Below, piece by piece: positions 51,198 to 59,940 of a stretch of 64,000 nt of DNA. Each line of letters opens with the position of its first letter. The stretch's first letter is position 1. Position numbers and translations under genes: made by a program. The notes under the pieces are model-generated. The model had not been told where the DNA came from, ran no database searches, and saw only the letters and a list, made by a program, of their open reading frames with translations. The DNA lies in NCBI GenBank assembly GCA_964468585.1, contig CAYXTM010000001.1, positions 108,084-172,083 of the forward strand, given 5' to 3'. This DNA comes from an uncultured Thermoplasmatales archaeon. Its GTDB lineage: Archaea; Thermoplasmatota; Thermoplasmata; Thermoplasmatales; GCA-001856825.

Positions 51198-52499
51198 TTA
51201 CATCCTCCTATATATATAATAAAATTCCCTCAAGGTCTTGATCTTACCCATATTCAAATTAGATGCACAGCTACTGAGCACATCCCTAATCTTCTTCTTC
51301 GGTTGCCCTCTCTCCCATAGGGTTTCAAGCATTATGGATTCGAGTAATTTCGGATAAGTGTTATACATTGAAGGATTATTTGTGACCTTTCTTATGTCCT
51401 TAAAGGTCTTAAGATCTTTTAAGACATATGTGTTGTTTAATTTTTCTTCATATGCTGCCAGGGACTGTTCAGTGAAATTATTCCTCATTTTAGCCTCTAC
51501 CGCTGTTTCCGCAGCCTTTATACCAGATAGTATAGCATAATTCATACCCTGTAGGACAAGACCGTTGCTGAAGGCGAATCCGGCCGCATCTCCTAGAATC
51601 ATGTAACCATTTCCATACAATTTTGGTATCATGTCTAGACCGCCTTCTGGTATAAGATGTGCTCCATATTCCGCCACCGTTCCCCCCTCTATTAACGGTT
51701 TGATGGCTGGATGTTCCTTAAACATCTCAATTAAATCATAACTGTGTGTAACTCCATTCGCCCTTAGGTTTTCCATGGGAGCCACAATACCCAGGGAAAG
51801 CGTATCCTTATTTGTATATAGGAATCCGCCTACATTTAAATCTCCCAGGAATCCCAGGATGTATTCTGAGGCCACACCGGAATTATTGGTTAAATTAAAT
51901 CTATCTTCTATTTTTTGAGGGCTCAACTTAATTATCTCCTTAACACCCAAGGAAACATCCTGATCCCTCAGAGGTCTCTTCAAACCTGCTTCCATGGCTA
52001 ATCTAGCATTAACACCCTCAGCTAAGAGTACCACGTCTGCCGTTATGGTATCCCCTGACTCAACAATTCCAATTACCTTCCTGTCCTTAATTGCAAGAGA
52101 TTCAACTGTAATTCCGGGGATAACCATTGCTCCGGCTTCCTTAGCTTTCTTGGCAAGCCATGGATCGAACTTTGATCTTAATATTGTATAACCAACTTTA
52201 TTTTCCTCAAAAAACTGTGTCTTAAAATCTATCGTTAATGCAGATTTCTCTGTCAAGAATCCTAATTTCTTATTATTGATGAATCTTTCGAGTGGAGCCT
52301 CTGATTGCCATTTCGGAAGAATCTGTGCTAAATCATTCCCCCATAATACCCCTCCAGAGAGATTCTTAGCGCCCGGAGGATCCGCCCTATCCACAAGCAG
52401 AACATTCATTCCTTTGTTAGCCATGTAAATTGCTGCAGAAGATCCAGCATTTCCTGCTCCAACCACAATTGCATCAAAATCTGACATCTGCTCAGTCAT
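51198..52499 (-). CDS. fixC: FAD-dependent ETF:quinone-type oxidoreductase FixC
   Basis: FAD motif DAIVVGAGNAGSSAA. 433 aa. Adjacent to fixX and etfBA. Confidence 0.85.
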   Translation of the reverse strand: MTEQMSDFDAIVVGAGNAGSSAAIYMANKGMNVLLVDRADPPGAKNLSGGVLWGNDLAQILPKWQSEAPLERFINNKKLGFLTEKSALTIDFKTQFFEENKVGYTILRSKFDPWLAKKAKEAGAMVIPGITVESLAIKDRKVIGIVESGDTITADVVLLAEGVNARLAMEAGLKRPLRDQDVSLGVKEIIKLSPQKIEDRFNLTNNSGVASEYILGFLGDLNVGGFLYTNKDTLSLGIVAPMENLRANGVTHSYDLIEMFKEHPAIKPLIEGGTVAEYGAHLIPEGGLDMIPKLYGNGYMILGDAAGFAFSNGLVLQGMNYAILSGIKAAETAVEAKMRNNFTEQSLAAYEEKLNNTYVLKDLKTFKDIRKVTNNPSMYNTYPKLLESIMLETLWERGQPKKKIRDVLSSCASNLNMGKIKTLREFYYIYRRM

Positions 52500-52587
52500 T
52501 ACAAATGCATATTTATCCCTTATTTGATTTTAATAGATACTTATTAAATTTAATTTGATTAATGAATTTAATCTGCTGATCCAATTA

Positions 52588-52905
52588 TTATATACTATCG
52601 AGCCATTTCCCATACTCCTCCGAAACCGCTATTTCATTTACTGTGATCTCGGGGAGTTCATACCTATGATTCTTGAACCTTTCAAGAACCTCGTTCAGAT
52701 TTTCCTTCCTGAACTTTAAAATCAGCAATATTTCATGGTCATTTTCAACTGACCCCTTCCACCAGTACATACTCTTAATATTAATCATCTGTGCGCAGCC
52801 TATAAGTCTATCTCTTAAGAGCATATCGACAAAATCCCTGGCGTCACTCTCGTCCGAAAATGTTGTCTCTAACCTCATATATCTTTCTTTTTTAAGATCT
52901 ACCAT
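52588..52905 (-). CDS. cutA: Divalent-cation tolerance protein CutA
   Basis: 105 aa. LIGCAQMINIKSMYWWKGSVENDHEILLILK matches the CutA1 core. Confidence 0.8.
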   Translation of the reverse strand: MVDLKKERYMRLETTFSDESDARDFVDMLLRDRLIGCAQMINIKSMYWWKGSVENDHEILLILKFRKENLNEVLERFKNHRYELPEITVNEIAVSEEYGKWLDSI

Positions 52906-52970
52906 GATTAAAAATCATATCCAGCCTAATTATGATTCCTATTGATTCTCAATGATAAATGTCTAAAAAA

Positions 52971-52979
52971 TTTATTATA
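52971..52979 (+). promoter_or_regulatory. Candidate BRE/TATA (AAAAAATTTATTATA) for tRNA-Thr
   Basis: A purine run followed by TTTATTATA, centred about 35 nt upstream of the mature tRNA 5' end. This fits a short 5' leader. Confidence 0.3.
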
Positions 52980-53009
52980 CGGTTTGGACATACCCAATGG
53001 ACTGGCGCT

Positions 53010-53084
53010 GCCACCGTAGCTCAGCCTGGTACGAGCGCGTGCTTGGTAAGCACGAGGTCGCGGGTCCAAATCCCGTCGGTGGCT
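53010..53084 (+). tRNA. tRNA-Thr (anticodon GGT) with an unusual TCCAAAT T-loop
   Basis: Acceptor stem GCCACCG/CGGTGGC plus discriminator T. D stem GCTC/GAGC. Anticodon stem CGTGC/GCACG with loop TTGGTAA. T arm GCGGG-TCCAAAT-CCCGT. A T5 run immediately follows. Confidence 0.85.
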
Positions 53085-53088
53085 TTTT
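53084..53088 (+). terminator. Oligo-T tract directly after tRNA-Thr (archaeal intrinsic termination signal)
   Basis: GGCTTTTTAC: five consecutive T starting at the discriminator base. Confidence 0.4.
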
Positions 53089-53202
53089 ACTCCAATTTTC
53101 AGTTTCTTCTGGATGGCCCCTGTGTTATTTTTTTATGATATGACATTTTCATTACATGTTTACGACAACAATTAAGTTAATATAAATAACCTTACTGACC
53201 TT

Positions 53203-53547
53203 ATGGCAAACGAAGGGACTCAGGTGATTTTAATGGTTATTGATGGAAATAGGAAAGGCATTCACTGCAGGGAAGACATATTAGGACCTATTCCAAAAAT
53301 AGATCCAGAAAAATGTGAGGCAAAGGGGGAATGTGTGAAAGCATGTCCTTACAGCGTCTTCGAAATTAGACCCCGGACTAAAGAAGAAATAGAGAATTTG
53401 AGCTTCTTTGGGAAAATCAAGGCTAGAGCTCATGGAAATCTCATAGCAGGAACTCCGAACATAAACAGCTGCCACTCATGCAGTGACTGCGTGACGGCAT
53501 GCCCTGAAAAAGCCATAAAGCTTGTTCCTAGGGGAGCCCATGCCTAA
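53203..53547 (+). CDS. Ferredoxin-domain protein (two Cys-cluster motifs)
   Basis: CEAKGECVKACP (C-x5-C-x3-CP, non-canonical) and CHSCSDCVTACP (canonical CxxCxxCxxxCP), separated by a ~45-aa insert. 114 aa. Confidence 0.75.
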   Translation: MANEGTQVILMVIDGNRKGIHCREDILGPIPKIDPEKCEAKGECVKACPYSVFEIRPRTKEEIENLSFFGKIKARAHGNLIAGTPNINSCHSCSDCVTACPEKAIKLVPRGAHA

Positions 53548-53659
53548 TCATCACAAAGCCATATACTTAAAAATACGATTTCAATTGCACTAATCTTCAT
53601 ACCTAAATTACCTCTCTAACATTTTATTATTTATGAATTGGGATAATCTTATTTTATAA

Positions 53660-54811
53660 ATGTTAGCCAAAATAAGATTAAATAATTATTTATCTTCCTA
53701 TGTTGTGCTTTACCTAATCAGATATTCAGAGATAGGAACAAAAGGGGATAACAGATCATTCTTTGAAAATCTACTGGCTAGAAATCTCAAGGCTAAATTT
53801 AATGAAAAGGGGATAGATGCAACTGTTAGTTTGGAAGAGGCGCGCCTCACAGTTGAATCTGAAGTTGATGTTTCTAATATACTATCAAAAACATTCGGAA
53901 TATCCAGCTTTTCACCTGCTACTAGACTGAAATCTGATCCAGATGAGATAATATCATTTTTCAAAAAATTGAAGGTAAGCAAAAAATTCAGGGTCACTGT
54001 CAATAGGAGAGATAAAAATTTCCCCTTTCAGAGCTCATATTTTGCATCGATGCTCGGGGAAATAATTCTTAATGAGAATAAAGAAGCCTCTGTGTCCTTA
54101 GAGAATTATGACATAAATTTTGGGGTTGACATTGGGAAAAAGTGGACATATTTCTACGATTCCGTCATAGATGGACCTGGGGGTTTACCTGTCAGATCCC
54201 AAGGAAGAGGTGTAGTTCTAATCTCAGGGGGAATCGATTCACCAGTTGCAGCATATTTAATGATGAAAAGGGGAATGGAAATAAGTTTGATCCATTATTT
54301 CCAGAGTTCAAGACTGCTAGAGAAGGTTTTCAGGAATAAGGAACTTCTTGAGGAATACAGCCCATATCCAATAGATATCAAAATTGTGGATCACAGAAAA
54401 ATGCTAGGTCCGACCATATTGAAATTGAGAAAGGAAGGTAAGGAGAGTTGGACATGCATATTTTGCAAGAATTATATGTATAAAGAAGCGGAAAAATTTG
54501 CAAAAGAAATAGGAGCTAAGGCTATCGTAACTGGGGAAGATTTGGGACAGGTTGCCAGCCAGACTCTTGATAATCTAAATACCATTGAAAGCGATTTTCA
54601 TTTCCCAATTTTCAGACCTCTTATAGGGTTTGATAAAGAAGAAATTGAGAGAATATCTGAAAAGATTAGGGCATTCGATATATTTTTATCGGTCCCGTCC
54701 TCTTGCGATTGCAGGTTTTTACCATCGAGGCCGAAAACCCGTAGTGATGCATCTGAATTCCTGAAGTTAAAATACAAAATATCAGGTGAAGCAGATGCTA
54801 ACATCCATTAG
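53660..54811 (+). CDS. thiI: tRNA 4-thiouridine synthase ThiI (THUMP + PP-loop, no rhodanese domain)
   Basis: IRYSEIGTKGDNRSFFE is the ThiI N-terminus, and the PP-loop is VLISGGIDSPVAAYLM. The start is uncertain (ATG 53660 or GTG 53705), because TATA-like sequence overlaps the first ATG. Confidence 0.85.
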   Translation: MLAKIRLNNYLSSYVVLYLIRYSEIGTKGDNRSFFENLLARNLKAKFNEKGIDATVSLEEARLTVESEVDVSNILSKTFGISSFSPATRLKSDPDEIISFFKKLKVSKKFRVTVNRRDKNFPFQSSYFASMLGEIILNENKEASVSLENYDINFGVDIGKKWTYFYDSVIDGPGGLPVRSQGRGVVLISGGIDSPVAAYLMMKRGMEISLIHYFQSSRLLEKVFRNKELLEEYSPYPIDIKIVDHRKMLGPTILKLRKEGKESWTCIFCKNYMYKEAEKFAKEIGAKAIVTGEDLGQVASQTLDNLNTIESDFHFPIFRPLIGFDKEEIERISEKIRAFDIFLSVPSSCDCRFLPSRPKTRSDASEFLKLKYKISGEADANIH

Positions 54812-55712
54812 AGTATATTTTCTCGGGACTGGTGGATCCTGGCCAACTCCCATTAGAGGAACAGCTGCAGTAGCAGTGAGATTGGATGATGAGGCCATTT
54901 TGTTCGATTGCGGTGAGTATACCCAAGTCAGGCTGATGAAGAGTTCACTTTCTCTGATGAAGATAAGTAAGATATTCATAACGCATTTTCATGGCGACCA
55001 CTTTTTGGGCCTTCCGGGATTAATTCAAACCATGAGTTTATTTGGTAGAAAGGAACCTCTTGAAATATATGGACCAAGAGGTGCTGTAGAAATCATATCT
55101 AGTCTACTTTCAATAGGATATTTTGACTTGCCTTTCGAAATAAAAGTTGGTGAACTCTGGGAGGAAGGGGAGCTTGATTTTGGCGAATATAAAATAATGT
55201 ATATGAAATCTAATCACACTGTTCCCTCAATATCATATTCGGTTGTTGAAAAGGATACTATCAAATTCGACGAAGAAAAGATAGAGAAGGTAAAAATTCC
55301 TAGAAAATTACTCGAGAAAATTAGAAAAAATGGCTATGTTGAGTATGAAGGTCGGATAATAAAGGCAGAGGATGTGTCTTCCTCTATAAGAAAAGGCAGA
55401 AAAATATCTTATTCTGGGGATACCAGGAAGGACCTGAGATTGACAAAATTATTCGAAAATTCAACCTTACTTATTCATGAAGCAACTGGCGATATGACAT
55501 TGGTCGATAAGGTGAGAACTTACGGTCACTCCACCGGGCAAGATGCAGCGGAAATTGCTGAACTGTCAAAGTCAAGGAGATTGGTCCTAATCCATTTTAG
55601 TCCGAGGTACGACGATATTTCTCCTATCGTAGAGGAGGCTAGGAAGATTTTTAAAAACACTGAGGCATCTAATGACCTGCTTGAATTGGAAGTGAAACTA
55701 TCAGATGTTTGA
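54786..55712 (+). CDS. rnz: Ribonuclease Z (tRNA 3' endonuclease)
   Basis: VYFLGTGGSWP and the metallo-beta-lactamase motif THFHGDHFLGLPGL. 308 aa. An alternative start is ATG 54795. Confidence 0.9.
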   Translation: MKQMLTSIRVYFLGTGGSWPTPIRGTAAVAVRLDDEAILFDCGEYTQVRLMKSSLSLMKISKIFITHFHGDHFLGLPGLIQTMSLFGRKEPLEIYGPRGAVEIISSLLSIGYFDLPFEIKVGELWEEGELDFGEYKIMYMKSNHTVPSISYSVVEKDTIKFDEEKIEKVKIPRKLLEKIRKNGYVEYEGRIIKAEDVSSSIRKGRKISYSGDTRKDLRLTKLFENSTLLIHEATGDMTLVDKVRTYGHSTGQDAAEIAELSKSRRLVLIHFSPRYDDISPIVEEARKIFKNTEASNDLLELEVKLSDV

Positions 55713-56598
55713 ACTTGATATATACGATGCATTTTATAAACTCTTGGAACAAGTTCCAGAAGGTCGCGTTACGACCTATGGAGATATGGCCGTTGCACTG
55801 GGGGATATAATAGCATCTCGTGCGGTTGGAGAGATGCTATCTCAAAACAGGGATCCTGCGCGTTATCCTTGCCATCGTGTAGTTAAATCTGATGGTTCGC
55901 TTGGCGGATTCACGCATCCACTTGGATTAGACGAAAAAGTAAGAAGATTAAAAAGAGAGGGCATAGAAATAGAAAACGGAAAAATAAGGGATTTCCAAAA
56001 GATAAGGTTTAATGATTTCATAACAGACTTCCCACTCAAGAAATTCAGAAACTGGGCCAATTCCCTTACAATTCAGGATTCCTCTGATATTCCAACTTGT
56101 ATTAGGGCCATGGATGTGACTTACATTGGGGACATGGGGATCGGAGTAGGAGTCACATTTGGTGAAGAAATACTCTATGATTTATTCATTAGCAAAGTAA
56201 AGTCACCTTACATTCCAAATTACCTCTATCTTAGGGAGGGTAGAATATATGAATCACTTGTCAGAAAGGATTGCGTAAATGTGATTGATGGAAATGGGAT
56301 GCTTCATAGGGATTTCAGAGGTGTGGCAACCATTGTAGGAATTAATAAGGGTCTAACCACGATTGGTATTGCAAAGTCTCTCCTTGAGGGAGATGTGAAG
56401 GATAAGAGGATATTCATCCATGGTATTGAGGTAGGGATTATTGAAGGCAAATATGCAATATCTCCAGGAAATAAGATATCTCTGGATAAAGCATATTCTA
56501 TCCTTACAACCGACAAATTTTTTCCCCAGACTAAGTATCCAGATGCTATAGGCAGGAGACTGAAAAATGAAATATTGTCTGCTAGAAATAGCATATGA
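55705..56598 (+). CDS. nfi: Fusion protein: O6-alkylguanine-DNA alkyltransferase C-terminal domain + endonuclease V
   Basis: The N-terminal ~85 aa carry the MGMT DNA-binding/active-site domain (VPEGRVTTYGDMA...YPCHRVV, PCHRV Cys intact). The C-terminal ~200 aa are EndoV (AMDVTY, DGNGMLHRDFRGVATIVGI). From memory, the same fusion was characterised biochemically in Ferroplasma acidarmanus. Confidence 0.85.
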   Translation: MFELDIYDAFYKLLEQVPEGRVTTYGDMAVALGDIIASRAVGEMLSQNRDPARYPCHRVVKSDGSLGGFTHPLGLDEKVRRLKREGIEIENGKIRDFQKIRFNDFITDFPLKKFRNWANSLTIQDSSDIPTCIRAMDVTYIGDMGIGVGVTFGEEILYDLFISKVKSPYIPNYLYLREGRIYESLVRKDCVNVIDGNGMLHRDFRGVATIVGINKGLTTIGIAKSLLEGDVKDKRIFIHGIEVGIIEGKYAISPGNKISLDKAYSILTTDKFFPQTKYPDAIGRRLKNEILSARNSI

Positions 56599-57322
56599 TA
56601 ATACATTTCATGGCTTTCAAGTACAACCTGGACTTAGAACAGTTCAGGGGGAAATCCTGAAAAAAGTTAAGCCTATAGGGGTAGATAAAATATATGGATC
56701 TTCTAGAACTGATTCTGGAGTTAGGGCAAGTTCTAATATTCTGGAAATAAAATATGATGATTGCCTAAAATTATGTAAGATTATAGATTCAATACCCGGT
56801 ATATTTGTGATATCATATGCCAATAGCGAAAATTTTGTCAGATTAAGAGGCAGAACGAAGAAATATTATCTTTATCTGCACGACAAACGCCTGAACCATG
56901 ATAAATTGGCGGGAGCGATAAATGAATTCATGAACTCAGATATTTCAAAGTTCTCGAGGAATCCCGAAAAGAAGGTAATATTAGATTCATTAACCTTTAA
57001 AATATTTGATAATTACACTGCTCTAGTTTTTGTAGGAAGGTCATTTTCTTGGAACTTTGTCAGGATTTCTGCAGAAAACATAATAAGAAGGAGCGAGAAT
57101 ATAATAGATGATGATGAATGGCAGGGATTATTGAGAGGAAATACTAAATTCAGGTACAAAGGAAAGGCGAATAATTTGATTCTTTTCAAAACCGAATTGG
57201 ATTTCAAAATGAACCCTTATAACTCTCCTAAATTGATGCGGATATCTTTTGAACAGAAAGTAATACTTTATTGGTTATTCGGGCTTGGAATAAAAATTTC
57301 GATTTCTGATCCATTAGGATAA
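56567..57322 (+). CDS. truA: tRNA pseudouridine synthase A
   Basis: MKYCLLEIAYDNTFHGFQVQP plus the catalytic-Asp block GSSRTDSGVRA. 251 aa. 32-nt overlap with the upstream gene. Confidence 0.85.
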   Translation: MKYCLLEIAYDNTFHGFQVQPGLRTVQGEILKKVKPIGVDKIYGSSRTDSGVRASSNILEIKYDDCLKLCKIIDSIPGIFVISYANSENFVRLRGRTKKYYLYLHDKRLNHDKLAGAINEFMNSDISKFSRNPEKKVILDSLTFKIFDNYTALVFVGRSFSWNFVRISAENIIRRSENIIDDDEWQGLLRGNTKFRYKGKANNLILFKTELDFKMNPYNSPKLMRISFEQKVILYWLFGLGIKISISDPLG

Positions 57323-57409
57323 GGTAGAATTGAGGCTTTCTCGGATAATTCTCACTCTTTTCCGTGATTTGTGTTGGAAACTTTATAGTTCATAACAATT
57401 GGATAAATG

Positions 57410-58150
57410 TCAAATTTTACCTTCTTTCTTTAATCTTTGCATAATTATCCAATATCTTGTGGACAGATAGTTGACAATCTTCATTATCTGTGTTAAATTT
57501 TCTTCAGAATTTGAACGGAGCTCAACCATGTTTGGAAAATTATTCAATTGAGGGATTACCCTGAATAATATTATGGTTGATTTATTATTCACATCTGATT
57601 TTCGTTCACTTCTTAAGACTGAATTAATTGGAAAATTAAACTTGAATTTTTGCATATCGAAATGTAATTTTTTATTGGTGATTAACAATACTCCATATCC
57701 ATTTTTGTTAATGTTATTAAATATCATCAATAAATCGCCATGAATTGATACTGGGACTTCGTCATTTCCGATATTGAAGTGTTTCAAAACATCATCATTG
57801 ATTGAGAGTGGAGAAGAAGAAACAGGAAAGAGTTTCTCGATTTCTTCAGAGCCAATTGATGGTTCGCCTAGTGCAACTAATGATCCGCAATTACTGCATA
57901 AAACTATGTTTCCTGTAGGGGTACCCGTCAATGGGGTATTACAAACTGGGCAGTTTGTATTTGAAAAATTATTTGAGTATGAAGTACCATAATTAGTGCT
58001 TGTCTCCGTTGAAAATGATAAATTCTTATTACTAAAACTATCATTTGTATAGGTATATTGATATGATGAATTATCTAAAGGTGACCCACATCTGCTACAA
58101 AACCTTGCGAAATTTTCATTTTCATGGTTACATTTAGGACAGATCTTCAT
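57410..58150 (-). CDS. Double zinc-ribbon protein with a C-terminal PH/GRAM-like domain (tentative)
   Basis: MKICPKCNHENENFARFCSRCGSPL (C-x2-C-x10-C-x2-C). An S/T/N/Y low-complexity linker. A second ribbon CPVCN...CSNCGS. The C-terminal ~130 aa include GYGVLLITNKKLHF, resembling bacterial PH/GRAM folds. Confidence 0.6.
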   Translation of the reverse strand: MKICPKCNHENENFARFCSRCGSPLDNSSYQYTYTNDSFSNKNLSFSTETSTNYGTSYSNNFSNTNCPVCNTPLTGTPTGNIVLCSNCGSLVALGEPSIGSEEIEKLFPVSSSPLSINDDVLKHFNIGNDEVPVSIHGDLLMIFNNINKNGYGVLLITNKKLHFDMQKFKFNFPINSVLRSERKSDVNNKSTIILFRVIPQLNNFPNMVELRSNSEENLTQIMKIVNYLSTRYWIIMQRLKKEGKI

Positions 58151-58380
58151 ATTGTATTTAATGCACTTTCTATTATTAAATTATATTCATGATGTAAAAG
58201 GTCTTCCCTTTCCTTGTTAATTCACATCATATAGCATTAGTTAAATAAAATTTATACCCGATTAGAACGATCAAATTGAAAATAAAAAAATAAGCATATG
58301 TCCCGAACACTACCATAAATAAAATGGAAAATAAAAAGGCGATTATAGTTAATTTCTTTCAGAAATAAATGAATTAAACG

Positions 58381-59244
58381 TTATTTATCTTCCTTTTTAT
58401 TTTCAATATTCCCTTCCTTTATAATCTCACTTAAATTCATTTGACCCATTGGGAGAACATACATATTGAAATATGGCTTTCCAAGGAACATATTAGTGGC
58501 AGCAGGGTCCGATTTTAGAGACATTATTTCCGAAAGTCTTGCCCTTATCGCCATATTAATATCTAGTCCCATGCTGGTGAACTGTACTATCCTCTTCATT
58601 GTTTCGTCCTCTGGTTCAATTCTGACTATTCTGCTGATTATGAGGTTTATCCCTAATTCACCCAACGTCTGTCTAAGAGATGCTGCGACAGCGTCGCTTA
58701 ATTTGTGTAAATTCGCATACAGGTCTTTGATTGAAATCAGATTAAGTACTTGTGATACAGATTGGTCTATTATGGGAGAAACATATTCTGATAGATTTCC
58801 TACAGTATAAACTAGACCGGCCAATTGTACATTTTGTAAAAGCTTAACAGGATCAGATACCTGGAAATAATAGGCCACCTCGTAAATTAAAGGTATAAGT
58901 TCAGAAGTTTGTGATACACCTCGAGTCCTCGCCTCAAATCTTGCCATAGAAAAGAATATAGCCTCAACTGTCCAAGGAACATTTCCGCCATATCCGAGCC
59001 TTGCGAACACATTCGCAATTGGACTGTTTGGAGTGTTCAGGTCGTATGGACCTGGTTCATATACTTGCTGTACCTGACCCTGAATCCTAACTATTGCCTT
59101 TTGATTCGATTCTACTATCAATCTTGACCTAGTCCTTATATCTACGTTATGATCTCTCCAAATAATTACACCTGGTCCCAACGCATCTTGTCCGTTTTCC
59201 ATTAAGGTTCTTACTACGGTCCTAAAAACTACGCCAGAACTCAT
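58381..59244 (-). CDS. SPFH-superfamily protein of the Band_7_1 / YdjI (COG4260-like) type, without TM or zinc ribbon
   Basis: SRLIVESNQKAIVRIQGQVQQVYEPGPYDLNTPNSPI...LGYGGNVPWTVEAIFFS follows the Band_7_1 N-terminal pattern as I remember it. No hydrophobic helix. 287 aa. Confidence 0.6.
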   Translation of the reverse strand: MSSGVVFRTVVRTLMENGQDALGPGVIIWRDHNVDIRTRSRLIVESNQKAIVRIQGQVQQVYEPGPYDLNTPNSPIANVFARLGYGGNVPWTVEAIFFSMARFEARTRGVSQTSELIPLIYEVAYYFQVSDPVKLLQNVQLAGLVYTVGNLSEYVSPIIDQSVSQVLNLISIKDLYANLHKLSDAVAASLRQTLGELGINLIISRIVRIEPEDETMKRIVQFTSMGLDINMAIRARLSEIMSLKSDPAATNMFLGKPYFNMYVLPMGQMNLSEIIKEGNIENKKEDK

Positions 59245-59248
59245 ATTA

Positions 59249-59749
59249 TTATCTTACCTCCGGTGGCAGAAATAGATTCATTCGCTTATTGAACATATCC
59301 CGTAGATATCGCAGGTTTTTCAGAATATCTTTTAGATTTTCAGTATACTGCTCTGCTAAGTTCTTTGATTCGCTAATAATTTCAAAATCATATTGCAATA
59401 TTTGGTTCAATATATTTACATCCATTTTATATCTATCATGAAAATTAAACGTGCCTGTAGGGGCTCCAGTTAACTCCTGCACGAATGTCCTTCCTTCCAT
59501 AAAAATTTCTTCAAAGGTAGAGATCGTCTCGTCAAAAGGATTTTGCTTCGAAATTTCCTCTTCTCGAATTTTCAGCTTATCCATTAGCTTTTCTATATTT
59601 AATCTAATGGCTTGTCTAACTATGGCATCATCTTGTTTTATTATATCGCGTTCTTTGTACCCCTTGAAACCTGGCAGCAATAGAAGAAGCTTTTCATAGG
59701 GTGTCATTTTTGAATCTATGATTCCTGCCATACTTAATACTAACTTCAT
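59249..59749 (-). CDS. Hypothetical all-helical protein (166 aa), operon partner of the SPFH gene
   Basis: Its stop lies 4 nt upstream of the SPFH start. The sequence is charged and helix-prone (DIIKQDDAIVRQAIRLNIEKLMDKLKIREEEISKQ). No TM and no recognisable family. The start is ambiguous (M1, M7 or M15). Confidence 0.5.
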   Translation of the reverse strand: MKLVLSMAGIIDSKMTPYEKLLLLLPGFKGYKERDIIKQDDAIVRQAIRLNIEKLMDKLKIREEEISKQNPFDETISTFEEIFMEGRTFVQELTGAPTGTFNFHDRYKMDVNILNQILQYDFEIISESKNLAEQYTENLKDILKNLRYLRDMFNKRMNLFLPPEVR

Positions 59750-59940
59750 TTATTATAAAAATATTTCTTTTTAAACCTATGAGTACCATGATGTAATGAA
59801 TAAAAAATCAAAATGCTATGGCACAATTGAATGCCATTTTGGATAATATAGCCCACTATCATAGGAGTCGCTAATGTAAATTTAGCTCTTTTATGAGAGA
59901 TTCAACAAATCTTTTATATTTGACTTCCTTGGTATTACGT

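Noticed and set aside
59818-59837. Operator-like inverted repeat ATGGCA-N8-TGCCAT in the divergent promoter between the 166-aa gene and the YbjQ gene
   Set aside because: A 6-bp half-site with free spacing is expected by chance in a 143-bp region. It is worth checking only if the motif recurs upstream of the other ribbon genes, and I did not see it there.
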